In this document: piece after piece, positions 28,044 through 39,849 of the stretch
How the letters are laid out: each line of letters starts with the position of its first letter
Numbering within the stretch: the stretch's first letter is position 1
NCBI RefSeq assembly: GCF_000737315.1
Contig: NZ_JMCB01000013.1
Span: 124,001-188,000 of the forward strand
Direction: 5' to 3'
Length of the DNA: 64,000 nt
Source of the DNA: Hyalangium minutum
GTDB lineage: Bacteria > Myxococcota > Myxococcia > Myxococcales > Myxococcaceae
Notes under the pieces: model-generated
Database searches by the model: none
Seen by the model: only the letters and a program-made list of their open reading frames with translations
What the model was told of the DNA's origin: nothing
Made by a program: the position numbers and the translations under genes

Positions 28044-28610
28044 ATGGCTGAAACTCCCACAAATCCGGCGGAATCCCAGGCCCAACGTGCCTCTGTCCAG
28101 CGGCGGCTGATCTCGCTGGAGAACGAGCTGGCGCGGCTGCGGCGAGAACTCTTTCACCTTGGCGGCGAACACCGGCTGCCCGGGCTTTTCCTCACTGTAG
28201 AGGTCGCCGGCACCCAGGTGCTCTTGCCTTCTGACGCAGTGCAGGAGGTGGTCCGGCTGGTGGAGCTGCAGATCCTCCCAAGCTCACCCCCGCATGTGCT
28301 GGGCGCCTTCGTCTACCGAGGCGTGTCCGCCATCGCGGTGGATCTGGCCCGGATGATGGGGGTGGAGCGCGAGCCCTCGCTGGATGCCCACCTGGTGGTG
28401 TGCTCCGGCATCCGCACCGTGGCGCTGCTGGTGGACCACGTGCAGGACATCGTCGAGGCACCGTTGCTGGTGGATCGGGTGGAGGAGACCGAACAGAGGT
28501 CTCCGTGGGACAAGACCGGCTTGATGGCGGGGCTGTGCCGCTCTTCGGATGGCGCCTTGCGCCCGCTCTTGAAGACCTCGGCCATCCTAGCGGTCCCGGA
28601 GGAGACGTGA
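28044..28610 (+). CDS. cheW: CheW adaptor (Che4-type, first copy)
   Basis: VQEVVRL...LPSSPPHVLGAFVYRG...VDLA...ALLVDHVQDI. Confidence 0.88.
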   Translation: MAETPTNPAESQAQRASVQRRLISLENELARLRRELFHLGGEHRLPGLFLTVEVAGTQVLLPSDAVQEVVRLVELQILPSSPPHVLGAFVYRGVSAIAVDLARMMGVEREPSLDAHLVVCSGIRTVALLVDHVQDIVEAPLLVDRVEETEQRSPWDKTGLMAGLCRSSDGALRPLLKTSAILAVPEET

Positions 28611-29998
28611 GTGAGGGGCCGCGAGTGGACTCGCTCGATGAGGCCACGCTAAGCCGGGTCGAAGAGGTGCTGCGCGAGGCCAGCGGGATGACCCTGGCCT
28701 CCAGCGTGCGGCGCTCGCTGAGCACGGCCATCACCCGTGCGGCCGAGGCCCGGGGCATGGAGATCCCCGCCTTCCTCCAGAAGCTGCTGGCCCGCGAGGC
28801 GGCGGTGGTGGAGCAGTTCATCGAGTACGCTGTCATTGGCGAGACGTACTTCTTCCGCCACCCCGAGCACCTGCGCGAGCTGGGCCGGGTGGCCGCGCTG
28901 AAGGAGGACGGCCTGTTCCGCGTGTGGAGCGCGGGCTGCGCCACCGGCGAGGAGGCCTACAGCATCGCCATGACGCTGATGGCCGCGGGGCTGCCCGTGG
29001 AGCGCATCCGCGTGACGGCCAGCGACATCTCCGCCCGCTCGCTGCAGCGCGCCCGCGCCGCCACCTATGGCCCCTGGTCCGTGCGCCGCATCGAGCCCTC
29101 CATGGAGCGGCGCTTCCTGACGCCCCAGGGCGATCTGGTGATGGTCAGCTCCCAGGCGCGGCGGCCGGTGGAGTTCCTCCGCCACAACCTGGTGCTCGAC
29201 ACGGCGCCCGTGTCCGAGCAGGACGCCGTCTTCTGCCGCAACGTCCTCATCTACTTCCCCCACGAGTTGGTGCGGCAGGTGATCGCCAAGCTCATCGGCG
29301 CGCTCGTGCCCGGCGGGCTGCTCTTCCTGGCGCCCGCGGAGATCCCTCTCACCAATGGCATGGGGCTGGAGCAGCTCGACGTGCAGGGCTCGCCGGTCCT
29401 CCGGCTGCCCCGGCCCCGGGCCGCCACGCCCGTGGAGACCGTGGCCGTCACCACTCCGGCGGGGCCCGACCCCAAGCAGGAGCTGCTGCGCAAGCTGAAG
29501 GCGCCCGTCCTCGGCTCGGTGTCCACGGTCCGCCCGGCTCCGGCTCCCGTTCCGTCCCCCGAGCCCCCGGCGCCTGTCCGTACAGGTGCGTCCGCAGGCT
29601 CCGGTGCGGCGGCCAGTGATGACGTGATGCGTCAAGCGCTGAGAGCAGCCCAGGAAGGAAAGTTTGACCAGGCTGAAGAGCTGGCCAAGGAAGCGGCTCG
29701 GAAGCTTGTCCCCGAAGCATACCTGCTGCTGGCCATGGTCACGGAGACCCGGGGCAACCTGAACGCGGCGGTGGATTTGGTCCGCAAGGCACTGTATCTG
29801 GACCCGTCGATGGCGCTTGGCCACGCTACGCTGATGACGCTGTACTCGCGGCTGAGCAAGCGGGAAGAGGCGGAGCGGGCCCGGCAGAACGCGTTGCGCG
29901 CGCTGGATGGGTTGGACGACGAGCATCTACTCCGGGGAGTGGAAACGATGACGGCGGGAGGCTTGCGGCAGGCGCTGGCCGCTCGCAATCGGACATGA
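28607..29998 (+). CDS. cheR: CheR methyltransferase with C-terminal TPR
   Basis: IGETYFFRH, WSAGCATGEEAYS, CRNVLIYF; TPR ARKALYLDP-like; GTGA overlap at 28607. Confidence 0.93.
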   Translation: MSEGPRVDSLDEATLSRVEEVLREASGMTLASSVRRSLSTAITRAAEARGMEIPAFLQKLLAREAAVVEQFIEYAVIGETYFFRHPEHLRELGRVAALKEDGLFRVWSAGCATGEEAYSIAMTLMAAGLPVERIRVTASDISARSLQRARAATYGPWSVRRIEPSMERRFLTPQGDLVMVSSQARRPVEFLRHNLVLDTAPVSEQDAVFCRNVLIYFPHELVRQVIAKLIGALVPGGLLFLAPAEIPLTNGMGLEQLDVQGSPVLRLPRPRAATPVETVAVTTPAGPDPKQELLRKLKAPVLGSVSTVRPAPAPVPSPEPPAPVRTGASAGSGAAASDDVMRQALRAAQEGKFDQAEELAKEAARKLVPEAYLLLAMVTETRGNLNAAVDLVRKALYLDPSMALGHATLMTLYSRLSKREEAERARQNALRALDGLDDEHLLRGVETMTAGGLRQALAARNRT

Positions 29999-30047
29999 TG
30001 GCAGGGGCGCAGTAAGGCGCGTGTGCGCGCAATAGCTGGGAGGTCAC

Positions 30048-31675
<1,628 letters not shown>

Positions 31676-31679
<4 letters not shown>

Positions 31680-32092
31680 ACACGGCCGCGACACGAGGCG
31701 CACCGCTGAAGGTCCTGATCGTCGAGGACACCAAGACGATCACCAACCTTCTGCAGGTGTACCTGATGGGGTGGGGGCTCCAGTTCTTCGATGCCGGCAA
31801 CGGCGTCCAGGGACTGGCCAAGGCACGTGAGATCAAGCCGGATCTGATCATCTCCGACGTGCAGATGCCGGAGATGGACGGCTTCGCGCTCTGCGCGGCG
31901 GTGAGGGCGGACTCCTCACTGCACGCCACGCCCTTCCTGCTGCTCACTTCGCTCAAGGACGAGGCCAGCCGCCAGCGCGGCCGGCTGGTGGGCGCCAGCG
32001 CCTTCCTCAACAAGCCCGTCTCCGTGGACGAGCTGCGGGAGCGCGTGCGCGAGCTGCTGAAACTCCCTGTGAAGGGCCCCACGGGCCGCTGA
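31676..32092 (+). CDS. cheY: Single-domain response regulator CheY
   Basis: VLIVED, ISDVQMP, LLTS and NKP motifs. Confidence 0.9.
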
Positions 32093-32099
32093 GCCGCCG

Positions 32100-32675
32100 A
32101 TGGCCACCGAAGACACCAAGGTCGAGATCGACTACTCCACCCTCATCCAGCGCTTGGATGAGGCGCGAGCGGTGATCGAGAACGCCCAGGTGAGCCCGGA
32201 GAAGCGCCGCGAGGTGCTCTCCACGCGGGCGCGCGCCCTGGCGGGCTCTCGCGAAGAGGTTCGGCCCGAGGTCCTCACCGTGCTGGTGTTCCAGGTGGGC
32301 GGCGAGCGCTACGCGGTCCCCATCGAGCAGGTGGACCATGTGCTGGAGTCCCGAGGGCTGTGCGCCCTGCCCGGGGCGCCGAGGCATGTCATGGGTGCGC
32401 TGGTGTCACGCTCGCGCGTGGTGCCGGTGTTGGACCTGCGTCAGCTGCTGGGCCTGGAAGGAGGCGGTATGTCCGACCTGGCCAAGGTGGTGGTGGTGGA
32501 CGTGGCCGGGGATGCCTTCGGCATTGCCGCCGAGATGGTGGACGGGCGCGCGGAGCTCTTGCGCTCCACGCTCTCCCAGCCTCCTCCCGGGCCCTTCCTG
32601 TACCTGACGCCGGATCGACTCACCGTGCTGGACGTGATCCAGCTGGGGCTTCCGTCCGCCGAGAGGCGGGGGTAG
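32100..32675 (+). CDS. cheW: CheW adaptor (second copy)
   Basis: VFQVGGERYAVP...LPGAPRHVMGALVSRSRVVPVLDLR. Confidence 0.9.
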   Translation: MATEDTKVEIDYSTLIQRLDEARAVIENAQVSPEKRREVLSTRARALAGSREEVRPEVLTVLVFQVGGERYAVPIEQVDHVLESRGLCALPGAPRHVMGALVSRSRVVPVLDLRQLLGLEGGGMSDLAKVVVVDVAGDAFGIAAEMVDGRAELLRSTLSQPPPGPFLYLTPDRLTVLDVIQLGLPSAERRG

Positions 32676-32684
32676 GCGAGGCGC

Positions 32685-35273
32685 ATGGACGAGCAGGTCC
32701 TTCGCAGCATCTGGCCCATCTTCTCCGCGGAGACGCGCGAGCAGATTCAGGCCATCTTCGAGAAGATCGAGATCCTCGAGAAGGATCCGGCCGGCCGGGA
32801 TCCGGACCTCTTCCCGTCCATGAAGCGGTTGGTCCACAGCCTGAAGGGCTCCGCCGCGAGCCTCGGGCTGTCGGAGATCGAGCAGGTCGTCCACGCCATC
32901 GAGGATGGGCTGGCCCGCTTCCGCTGGGACGAGCAACTGCCCGGTGAAGTGGTCAGCGTCACCGTCCGAGGGCTGCAGAAGATCGAGGACGCCCTGGGAC
33001 GCGGTGACCAGGGCGGCGAGCCGGTCATCGACGGGCTCGCGGAGCTGCTGGCCTCCCTCGGACGGGGCGGGGAACTCAAGGGGCCGAACAAGGAGCGGGA
33101 GAAGGAGAAGGAGCGCCACCGTGCTCTGGAGCGGTTCCGCCAGGACGCGATGATGGTGCTGGGGAAGCTCGAGGAGGCGCTGATCGCGCTGGTCTCGCCG
33201 GACGTGCCGGATCGCCCGGGCACCGTGAGCGCGGCGGTGGCGCTGGCCCAGTCGCTCAAGAACAAGGCCGAGACCGCCAAGGAGACCCGCGTCGCTCCGC
33301 TCGTGGAGCGGATGGCCGCGGCCTTCTCGAGGATGGAGCAGGCGGGTGACACCGCCAGCATCGCCGCGTCACAGCTCACGGAGATCCTCGTGGAGCTTCG
33401 TGGCGTGCTCGTGCCCAATGAGCCGGCGCCCTCCGCTGCCCCAGAGTCTGCTCCGGCTGCCGCGCCCGTTCCGGCAAAGCAGGTTGCTCAGGCCCTGCGC
33501 GCCGCCAGCGAGGCCTCCACTGCGCCCGCTCCCAGCACGGGTGAGGGCAAGGGGCCCGTGGATCAGGCGGTCCGCGTCTCGGTGAAGACGCTGGAGTCGC
33601 TGGGGCTCCAGGTGGAGCACCTCATCTCGGGCCGCGCCTTGCAGATGCGCCGGACGGATGCGCTCCGGGACCTGCTCGACAACACGCACGACACCATCGT
33701 TCACCTGGAGCGCTCCGCGTCGCACCTGTCCCTGTCGGGCGGGGGCGAGGCGCTGGAGTCCCTGCGGACGGGTGTGCTCAACCTGCGCAGCATCCAGAAG
33801 CGGTTGGTGGAGCTGCTGAAGGAAGGCACCCGCGAGGGTGAGCAGCTCAACCTCGTGGCCCAGGTGGTGCGCGACGACCTGCGCGACATGCGCATGGTGC
33901 CCGCCGCGCAGGTGCTGGAGCCGCTGCGACGCACGGTGCGCGAGGTGAGCTCGCGCCTGGGCAAGCAGGTGGAGCTCTTCATCTCGGGCGGAGACGTGCG
34001 GCTGGACCGCCGCATCCTGGATGCCTTGAAGGATCCGCTGCAGCACCTGGTGCGCAACGCCATCGACCACGGCATCGAGATGCCGGACGTCCGCCGCGAG
34101 GCGGACAAGAACGAGAAGGGCAAGCTCTGGATTCGCGTGGAGCCGCGAGGCACCCGCATCGCCGTCGTCGTGGAGGATGACGGCGGAGGCTTGTCTCCCG
34201 CGAGGGTGCGCGCCACCGCCGTGAAGCGCGGGCTGTTGAGCTCGGAGGCCGCGGCGAAGCTCCCGGATGCTCAGGCCGCGCGGCTCATCTTCCAGCCCGG
34301 CTTCTCCACCCGAGACCAGGTGACGGAGACCTCCGGCCGTGGCGTGGGCCTGGACGTGGTGCTGGCCACCGCCCAGCGGCTTCAGGGCGCGGTGGACATC
34401 TCCTACACCGAGGGGCAGGGGACGCGCTTCACCATCGATCTGCCGCTCTCGCTGGCCTCCGCGCTGGGGCTGCTGATCCGCGTGGGCACGGCCATCGTTG
34501 CCGTGCCTTCGGACATGGTCGAGCGCGTGTTCCGGCTGGCCCCGGGTGACGTGGGCACGGTGGCCGGACGTGTGGTGGCTCGCGTGGACAACGAGCAGAT
34601 CACCTTCCTCTCGCTCTCCGAGGCCATCGGGCTGCCCCGGCTGCCGCTGGCGCTCGAGGCCGGGAAGATGCAGACGGTCATGCTGCTCACGCTCGGCAAG
34701 GAGCGGGCGCTGTACGCCATTGATGAGGTGGTGGGACAGCAGGACGTCGTCGTCCGCACGCTGGGTCCGCACCTGAAGGGCGTGGCGCACCTGGCGGGCG
34801 CCGCCGTGCTGGATGACGGCCGCTTGGTGCCGGTGCTCAACGCGCCGGAGTTGTTGCGCGCCGCCGCCCCGAGCACGCGCGGCATCAGCACCGGCGAGAT
34901 CCGCCGTCCTCGCGTCCTGGTGACGGACGACTCGCTGACCACGCGCTTCGCGATGAAGTCGCTGCTGGAGATCGCCGGCTACCCGGTGGTCACCGCGTCG
35001 GACGGCGAGGAGGCCTGGGAGGTGCTGGAGCGCACGCCTTGCCAGCTCGTGGTCAGCGACTGGCAGATGCCCCGGCTGGACGGCGTGGGCCTCACGCGGC
35101 GCATTCGCGCCCACCCGACGCTCAATCGCACGCCCGTCATCCTCGTCACCTCGCTCGACAGCCCCGAGGAGCGGGCCGAGGGCCTCGAGGCGGGCGCGGA
35201 CGGCTACCTCGTCAAGCGCGAGGTGGAGCGCGGCAAGCTGCTGGAACTCGTGCGGCAGCTGATGCCTGGGTAG
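32685..35273 (+). CDS. cheA: CheA-REC hybrid histidine kinase
   Basis: Hpt VHSLKG; HLVRNAIDHGIE; FQPGFST; SGRGVGLD; CheW (P5) domain; C-terminal REC (VTDDS, SDWQMP). Confidence 0.95.
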   Translation: MDEQVLRSIWPIFSAETREQIQAIFEKIEILEKDPAGRDPDLFPSMKRLVHSLKGSAASLGLSEIEQVVHAIEDGLARFRWDEQLPGEVVSVTVRGLQKIEDALGRGDQGGEPVIDGLAELLASLGRGGELKGPNKEREKEKERHRALERFRQDAMMVLGKLEEALIALVSPDVPDRPGTVSAAVALAQSLKNKAETAKETRVAPLVERMAAAFSRMEQAGDTASIAASQLTEILVELRGVLVPNEPAPSAAPESAPAAAPVPAKQVAQALRAASEASTAPAPSTGEGKGPVDQAVRVSVKTLESLGLQVEHLISGRALQMRRTDALRDLLDNTHDTIVHLERSASHLSLSGGGEALESLRTGVLNLRSIQKRLVELLKEGTREGEQLNLVAQVVRDDLRDMRMVPAAQVLEPLRRTVREVSSRLGKQVELFISGGDVRLDRRILDALKDPLQHLVRNAIDHGIEMPDVRREADKNEKGKLWIRVEPRGTRIAVVVEDDGGGLSPARVRATAVKRGLLSSEAAAKLPDAQAARLIFQPGFSTRDQVTETSGRGVGLDVVLATAQRLQGAVDISYTEGQGTRFTIDLPLSLASALGLLIRVGTAIVAVPSDMVERVFRLAPGDVGTVAGRVVARVDNEQITFLSLSEAIGLPRLPLALEAGKMQTVMLLTLGKERALYAIDEVVGQQDVVVRTLGPHLKGVAHLAGAAVLDDGRLVPVLNAPELLRAAAPSTRGISTGEIRRPRVLVTDDSLTTRFAMKSLLEIAGYPVVTASDGEEAWEVLERTPCQLVVSDWQMPRLDGVGLTRRIRAHPTLNRTPVILVTSLDSPEERAEGLEAGADGYLVKREVERGKLLELVRQLMPG

Positions 35274-35288
35274 TCCGGGCGCTCCGGC

Positions 35289-38200
35289 TCAGAGCGCCTC
35301 CACCGTCACCGTGTTGTCTTCCGGCTTCCGGTCGATCAGCTTGTAGAGCGGATCCAGCCCCGCCTTGGCGGGGCGCGTGCTCACCTGCACGGTGAAGCTG
35401 ACGTCCCCCTGCTGGATGAGGCGCTTCTCCAGGAAGAGGGGCTTGCCGTCCGCGTCGAGCACGCCCACGTCCACGTAGTCGTTGAGCGGGAGTTCCTTCT
35501 CCTGGCCCAGCCCGTCCGCCTCCACCTTGCGAGCCTTGGCGGTGATCTTCACCTCGAAGCGCCCGTTGGGCAGGGCCGTGGAGGTGGCGGTGACAGCGCG
35601 GTTCTCGTAGAGGGTGATGCGGTCGAAGAAGTCCTCGAGCAGGTAGCGCAGGTGATCGGGCGTCACCGCGCGCAGCTCGGCGATCAGCTCGGGCGAGTGG
35701 GTGAACGGAGGCGACTGGTACGCCGTCTTTCGGAGGAAGGAGGCGAGGGCCTGGTTCACCTTGTCCTCGCCCAGGTAGTCCTGCAGCGCGTACATGATGA
35801 GGCTGCCCTTGCGGTAATGGACGTAGCCCTGGTTCTCTACGCGCCCCAGGGGCATCTCCTTGTTGCGCTCGATGCTGCGGCCATTGAGGTAGCGGTCCAG
35901 CTCGTAGCGCAGAAAGCGGCCCATCTTCTCCGCCCCGTACTTGCGCTTCATCACCATCAGCGCCGAGTACTGCGACAGCGTCTCCGACAAGAGCGTGGCG
36001 CCCTGTACGTTGCCGCCGACCACCTGGTGCGCCCACCACTGGTGGGCCACTTCGTGCGCGGTGACGTAGTACGGGTAGTCCACGTCCTTGGGATCGTCCG
36101 GATCCACCCGGGCGATGAAGCCGATGCTCTCCGAGTAGGGGATGGTGTTGGGGAAGGACTGGGCGAAGGAGGCGTAGCGGGGGAACTCCAGGATGCGCAC
36201 CTGCCGGTGCTGGTACGGGCTGAAGGCGTTCGTGAAGTAGTCCAGCGAATCCTTCACGGACGCGATCATCCGGTCCAGGTTGTACTCGTGGCCGGGATGG
36301 TAATAGACCTCGATGGCCACGCCGTTCCACGCGTCGCGCTTCACCTGCCAGCGCGCGGAGAGGAATGAGAAGAAGCTCAGGATGGGGCGGTCCATCTTGT
36401 AGTGGAAGTAGCGCCGCCCGCCCTCGGTCCACTCGCGCTCCAAGTAGCCGGGCGCCAGGGCGATCTGATCGGGCGAGGTGCTGACGGTGGTCTCGAAGGT
36501 GATCCAGTCCGAGTCCGAGCCGATATAGGTGTTCATCCGCGCCTTCAGATCGTTGACGTCGGCCATGCGCTCCTTGGGGGCCAGTCCCAGGCGGCGGCGG
36601 GTGTCCTCGTCCGACAGCTCGGAGTTCTCCTGGTAGCCCAGGTGAGGCAAGGCCTCGCTGTTGACGAAGGTGCCGTTGTCCACCACCTCCGTGGGCTGTG
36701 ATCTGTTCTTGAAGCCTCGGGCTGCGTACTCGAGATCAAAGCTCAGCTCCGCCTTCGCGCCGGGCGCGAGCGGCTCTGGCAGGCGGTACGTATAGAAGCC
36801 GAGCCGCGTGTCCTGCTCCGAGGCGGTGTCCAGCCCCACCACCGAGAGCTTGTGGATCGTCAGCTCCGAGCGGGGCGGGAGGTTCACGTAAACCGTCTTC
36901 ACCGGCTGGCCCGAGCGATTCTCCAAGCCGTAGATGCCCAGGAAGCGGACGCGGGCCTCCTGGGGATAGATGTCCGTCTGCACCTTCACCGACACGATGC
37001 GCGGCTGGGGCTCCGAGGAGAGGGCCTTGTACTTCTTCTCGTAGTCCGCCTGCTCGGCCTGCTGCTCCCGCTCGGTGAGGTAGCGGTTGAGGCGGTTGGT
37101 GTTGTGGAAGATGGAGATGCCCACTCCCGCGAAGCCGAGCAGCGCGACCGCGAGTCCCACACGCACCGGACCGGACAGCCGCGTCCCCACTGTGCGCAGC
37201 CGCCAGGAGGCGCCCTCCTCGGAGCCTCGGGCCCAGAAGAGGTGGGCCGCCAGGGCCAGCGCCAGGGCCGCCAGCCCCCAGTACAGGTGGAACCAGAAGT
37301 ACGGCCGGAGGAACGGCCCGAAGCCGTTCATGTCTGAGTACGTGTACGAGGGCGAGCCCGCGTAGCTGTACAGGTTGTGCTCGAAGCCGAACTGCGAGGC
37401 GAACTGCGAGAGCACCAGGTAGAGCACCATGATGAAGTGCCCCACGTACTTGTGGTTGACCACCACGTGGATGAACACCGCGAGCACGCACAGCAGCCAC
37501 AGATCCGGCAGCCGCAGGCCGAACAGCTCCGTCACGTAGAGGCCCAGCTCGAAGTGCGTGTAGCCCTTCGCAGCCTGGACGATGAGCCCGCAGAGGAACA
37601 CCACGCAGGTGAGGATCACCTGCACACCCATGAGGGCCAGCAGCTTGGAGACGTATGGGAGCCAGCCCGGCGTAGGCAGCGCGTCCATCAGCCCGCTCAT
37701 CTGCGCGTCTCGCTCCCGCCAGATGAGCTCGCCCGAATAGAAGGTGATGATGATGATGTGGAAGAGGGCGAAGGTGCCGCCCACCATCTCCAGCACCATG
37801 TACGTCACGGGCCAGGTGTTGGTGCCGTACATCGAGCCCATGGCGCGCGCGCTGATGAAGACGAAGAGCACCCCCGCGAGCACCATCACCAGGAAGTAGA
37901 CGTTCTTCACCGTCTCCTTCAGGTCCAGCCACGTCAGCTTCGGGAGCAGCCGCAGGAAGGTGGTACCTCGGAAGTCCCGGTTGAGCGCGGGCAGCGGAGC
38001 GATGGAGGCGGGGAGCGCGGGCTCGGAGGAGGGCTCCTGCTCCTTCTGGCCCCGGAGGGGCAGTGCGTGCGTCCGCTGGAAGCGCACGTACGTGAAGACG
38101 AGCGCCACGATGCCCACCGCCAGCCACACCAGCCGGTTGAGCAGGAACCAGCCCTCCAGGGGCAGCAGGCGGGTGTTCTTCTCGGCCACCGTCCAGTACT

Positions 38201-38876
38201 CGGTCACCACGCGCTGAGCGTTGAGGCCGAAGGGATCGGCCAGCGCGGAGATCCACTTGGTCTCCAGCTCGCGCATCAGGCTGCCGCCGATGAGGTAGCC
38301 GATGAAGAGCACCACGGTGCCCACGTACACGGGGAGGATGCGCCGGGTGAGCGCGGCCAGCGCGAAGAAGAGGGCGCCCGCGAAGAAGAGGTTGGGCAAC
38401 ACGCTCGTCACGTACGGCCAGAGGTACGCGGCGCCTGAGTTGGGGCCCACCAAATGCTTCTGGAGCCACGGCATGTAGCTGCCCACGAAGGCCCCCAGGC
38501 CGATGCTCGAGAAGATGACGAGCAGGACGAGGAACGCCCCCAAGAAGCGGCCGAAGAGGTACTGGGCCTTGGAGATGGGCGTGGTGAAGAACAGCGTGTG
38601 CGAGCCCGCGGCGAAGTCCTGGTACACCGCCTGGCCCATCATCGCGCCAGAGATGATGACGCCCGTGAAGCCCAGGTAGGCCATCATCACGCTGAGCGAG
38701 TGAGGCGAGTTGGCCAGCACCTTGCCGCCCCCACCCGCGTTGAAGGTGACGGCCTCCCAGGCTCCGGCTGCGGCGTTCATCAAGATGAAGCCCAGCGCCA
38801 GGTACACGCCGAAGTACACCCACGTGGAGAGCATCTTGAGCCGGCGGCGCAGCTCGAAGAGAGCGATGGCGATCAT
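35289..38876 (-). CDS. ABC-2 type permease fused to an M1 family zinc aminopeptidase
   Basis: Two multi-TM halves then a soluble domain with HEVAH (36042-36056) and downstream LSETLSQY; YRKG. Confidence 0.88.
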   Translation of the reverse strand: MIAIALFELRRRLKMLSTWVYFGVYLALGFILMNAAAGAWEAVTFNAGGGGKVLANSPHSLSVMMAYLGFTGVIISGAMMGQAVYQDFAAGSHTLFFTTPISKAQYLFGRFLGAFLVLLVIFSSIGLGAFVGSYMPWLQKHLVGPNSGAAYLWPYVTSVLPNLFFAGALFFALAALTRRILPVYVGTVVLFIGYLIGGSLMRELETKWISALADPFGLNAQRVVTEYWTVAEKNTRLLPLEGWFLLNRLVWLAVGIVALVFTYVRFQRTHALPLRGQKEQEPSSEPALPASIAPLPALNRDFRGTTFLRLLPKLTWLDLKETVKNVYFLVMVLAGVLFVFISARAMGSMYGTNTWPVTYMVLEMVGGTFALFHIIIITFYSGELIWRERDAQMSGLMDALPTPGWLPYVSKLLALMGVQVILTCVVFLCGLIVQAAKGYTHFELGLYVTELFGLRLPDLWLLCVLAVFIHVVVNHKYVGHFIMVLYLVLSQFASQFGFEHNLYSYAGSPSYTYSDMNGFGPFLRPYFWFHLYWGLAALALALAAHLFWARGSEEGASWRLRTVGTRLSGPVRVGLAVALLGFAGVGISIFHNTNRLNRYLTEREQQAEQADYEKKYKALSSEPQPRIVSVKVQTDIYPQEARVRFLGIYGLENRSGQPVKTVYVNLPPRSELTIHKLSVVGLDTASEQDTRLGFYTYRLPEPLAPGAKAELSFDLEYAARGFKNRSQPTEVVDNGTFVNSEALPHLGYQENSELSDEDTRRRLGLAPKERMADVNDLKARMNTYIGSDSDWITFETTVSTSPDQIALAPGYLEREWTEGGRRYFHYKMDRPILSFFSFLSARWQVKRDAWNGVAIEVYYHPGHEYNLDRMIASVKDSLDYFTNAFSPYQHRQVRILEFPRYASFAQSFPNTIPYSESIGFIARVDPDDPKDVDYPYYVTAHEVAHQWWAHQVVGGNVQGATLLSETLSQYSALMVMKRKYGAEKMGRFLRYELDRYLNGRSIERNKEMPLGRVENQGYVHYRKGSLIMYALQDYLGEDKVNQALASFLRKTAYQSPPFTHSPELIAELRAVTPDHLRYLLEDFFDRITLYENRAVTATSTALPNGRFEVKITAKARKVEADGLGQEKELPLNDYVDVGVLDADGKPLFLEKRLIQQGDVSFTVQVSTRPAKAGLDPLYKLIDRKPEDNTVTVEAL

Positions 38877-38886
38877 GTCGCGCTCC

Positions 38887-39795
38887 TCAGGCCACGGCCG
38901 GTGTGGCGGGGACCGGCGCTGTCTGCACGTGGCCCTTGATGGTGGCGAAGTAGGCGTCCTCGAGATCCGGCTCCACGGGCTCGAAGCCCGCGCCCGGTGA
39001 GCCCTCGCTGTAGACGTGCACGCGCGTGCGCCCCATCACCAGCCGGGTGGAGATGACGCGCTGCTGGGCCTGCACGTCCGCCAGCTCCGCCTTCTCCACG
39101 AAGCGCCGCCAGATGCGCCCGGAGAGCCGCGAGATGGCCTCCTGCGGCTCGCCCGCGAGCAGCACCCGGCCCTTGTCCAGCACCGCCATCTGCGAGCACA
39201 GCTCGTGGACGTCCGCGACGATGTGCGTGGAGAGGATGACGATGACGTCCTGGCCGATGTCCGCCAGCAGGTTGTGGAAGCGGACACGCTCCTCGGGATC
39301 CAGACCGGCGGTGGGCTCGTCCACGATGAGCAACTGGGGGTTGCCCAGCAGCGCCTGCGCAATCCCGAAGCGCTGGCGCATGCCGCCGGAGAAGCTGCCC
39401 AGTGGCTTCTTGCGAGCCGCGTAGAGGTTGGTCTGGTTCAGCAGCGCGGAGACGCGCGCCTTGCGCTCCTTCGCCTGGCTGATGCCCTTGAGCGTGGCCA
39501 GGTGCTCCAGCAGATCCTCGGCGGACACCTTGGGGTAGAGACCGAAGTCCTGCGGCAGGTAGCCGAGCACCCGCCGCACCGCGTCCTTGTCCCGCAGCAC
39601 GTCGATATTCCCGAGCGTGGCGCTCCCGCTGTCCGCCTCCTGGAGCGTGGCCAGGGTGCGCATCAGCGTGGACTTGCCCGCGCCGTTGGGCCCCAGCAGA
39701 CCGAACATCCCGGGCCGCACGGTGAGTGTGACATCTGCCAGCGCCTGCGTCCCATTGGGATAGCGCTTGGACAGGTTCTGGATGCGAAGCTCCAC
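38887..39795 (-). CDS. ABC transporter ATP-binding protein
   Basis: Walker A GPNGAGKS, signature FSGGM, Walker B LIVDEP, STH. Confidence 0.95.
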   Translation of the reverse strand: MELRIQNLSKRYPNGTQALADVTLTVRPGMFGLLGPNGAGKSTLMRTLATLQEADSGSATLGNIDVLRDKDAVRRVLGYLPQDFGLYPKVSAEDLLEHLATLKGISQAKERKARVSALLNQTNLYAARKKPLGSFSGGMRQRFGIAQALLGNPQLLIVDEPTAGLDPEERVRFHNLLADIGQDVIVILSTHIVADVHELCSQMAVLDKGRVLLAGEPQEAISRLSGRIWRRFVEKAELADVQAQQRVISTRLVMGRTRVHVYSEGSPGAGFEPVEPDLEDAYFATIKGHVQTAPVPATPAVA

Positions 39796-39849
39796 GGAAG
39801 GCCCTTGGATGAAGAGGGCCGCATCATGGAAGCAGGTGGGAGCCTTTGG

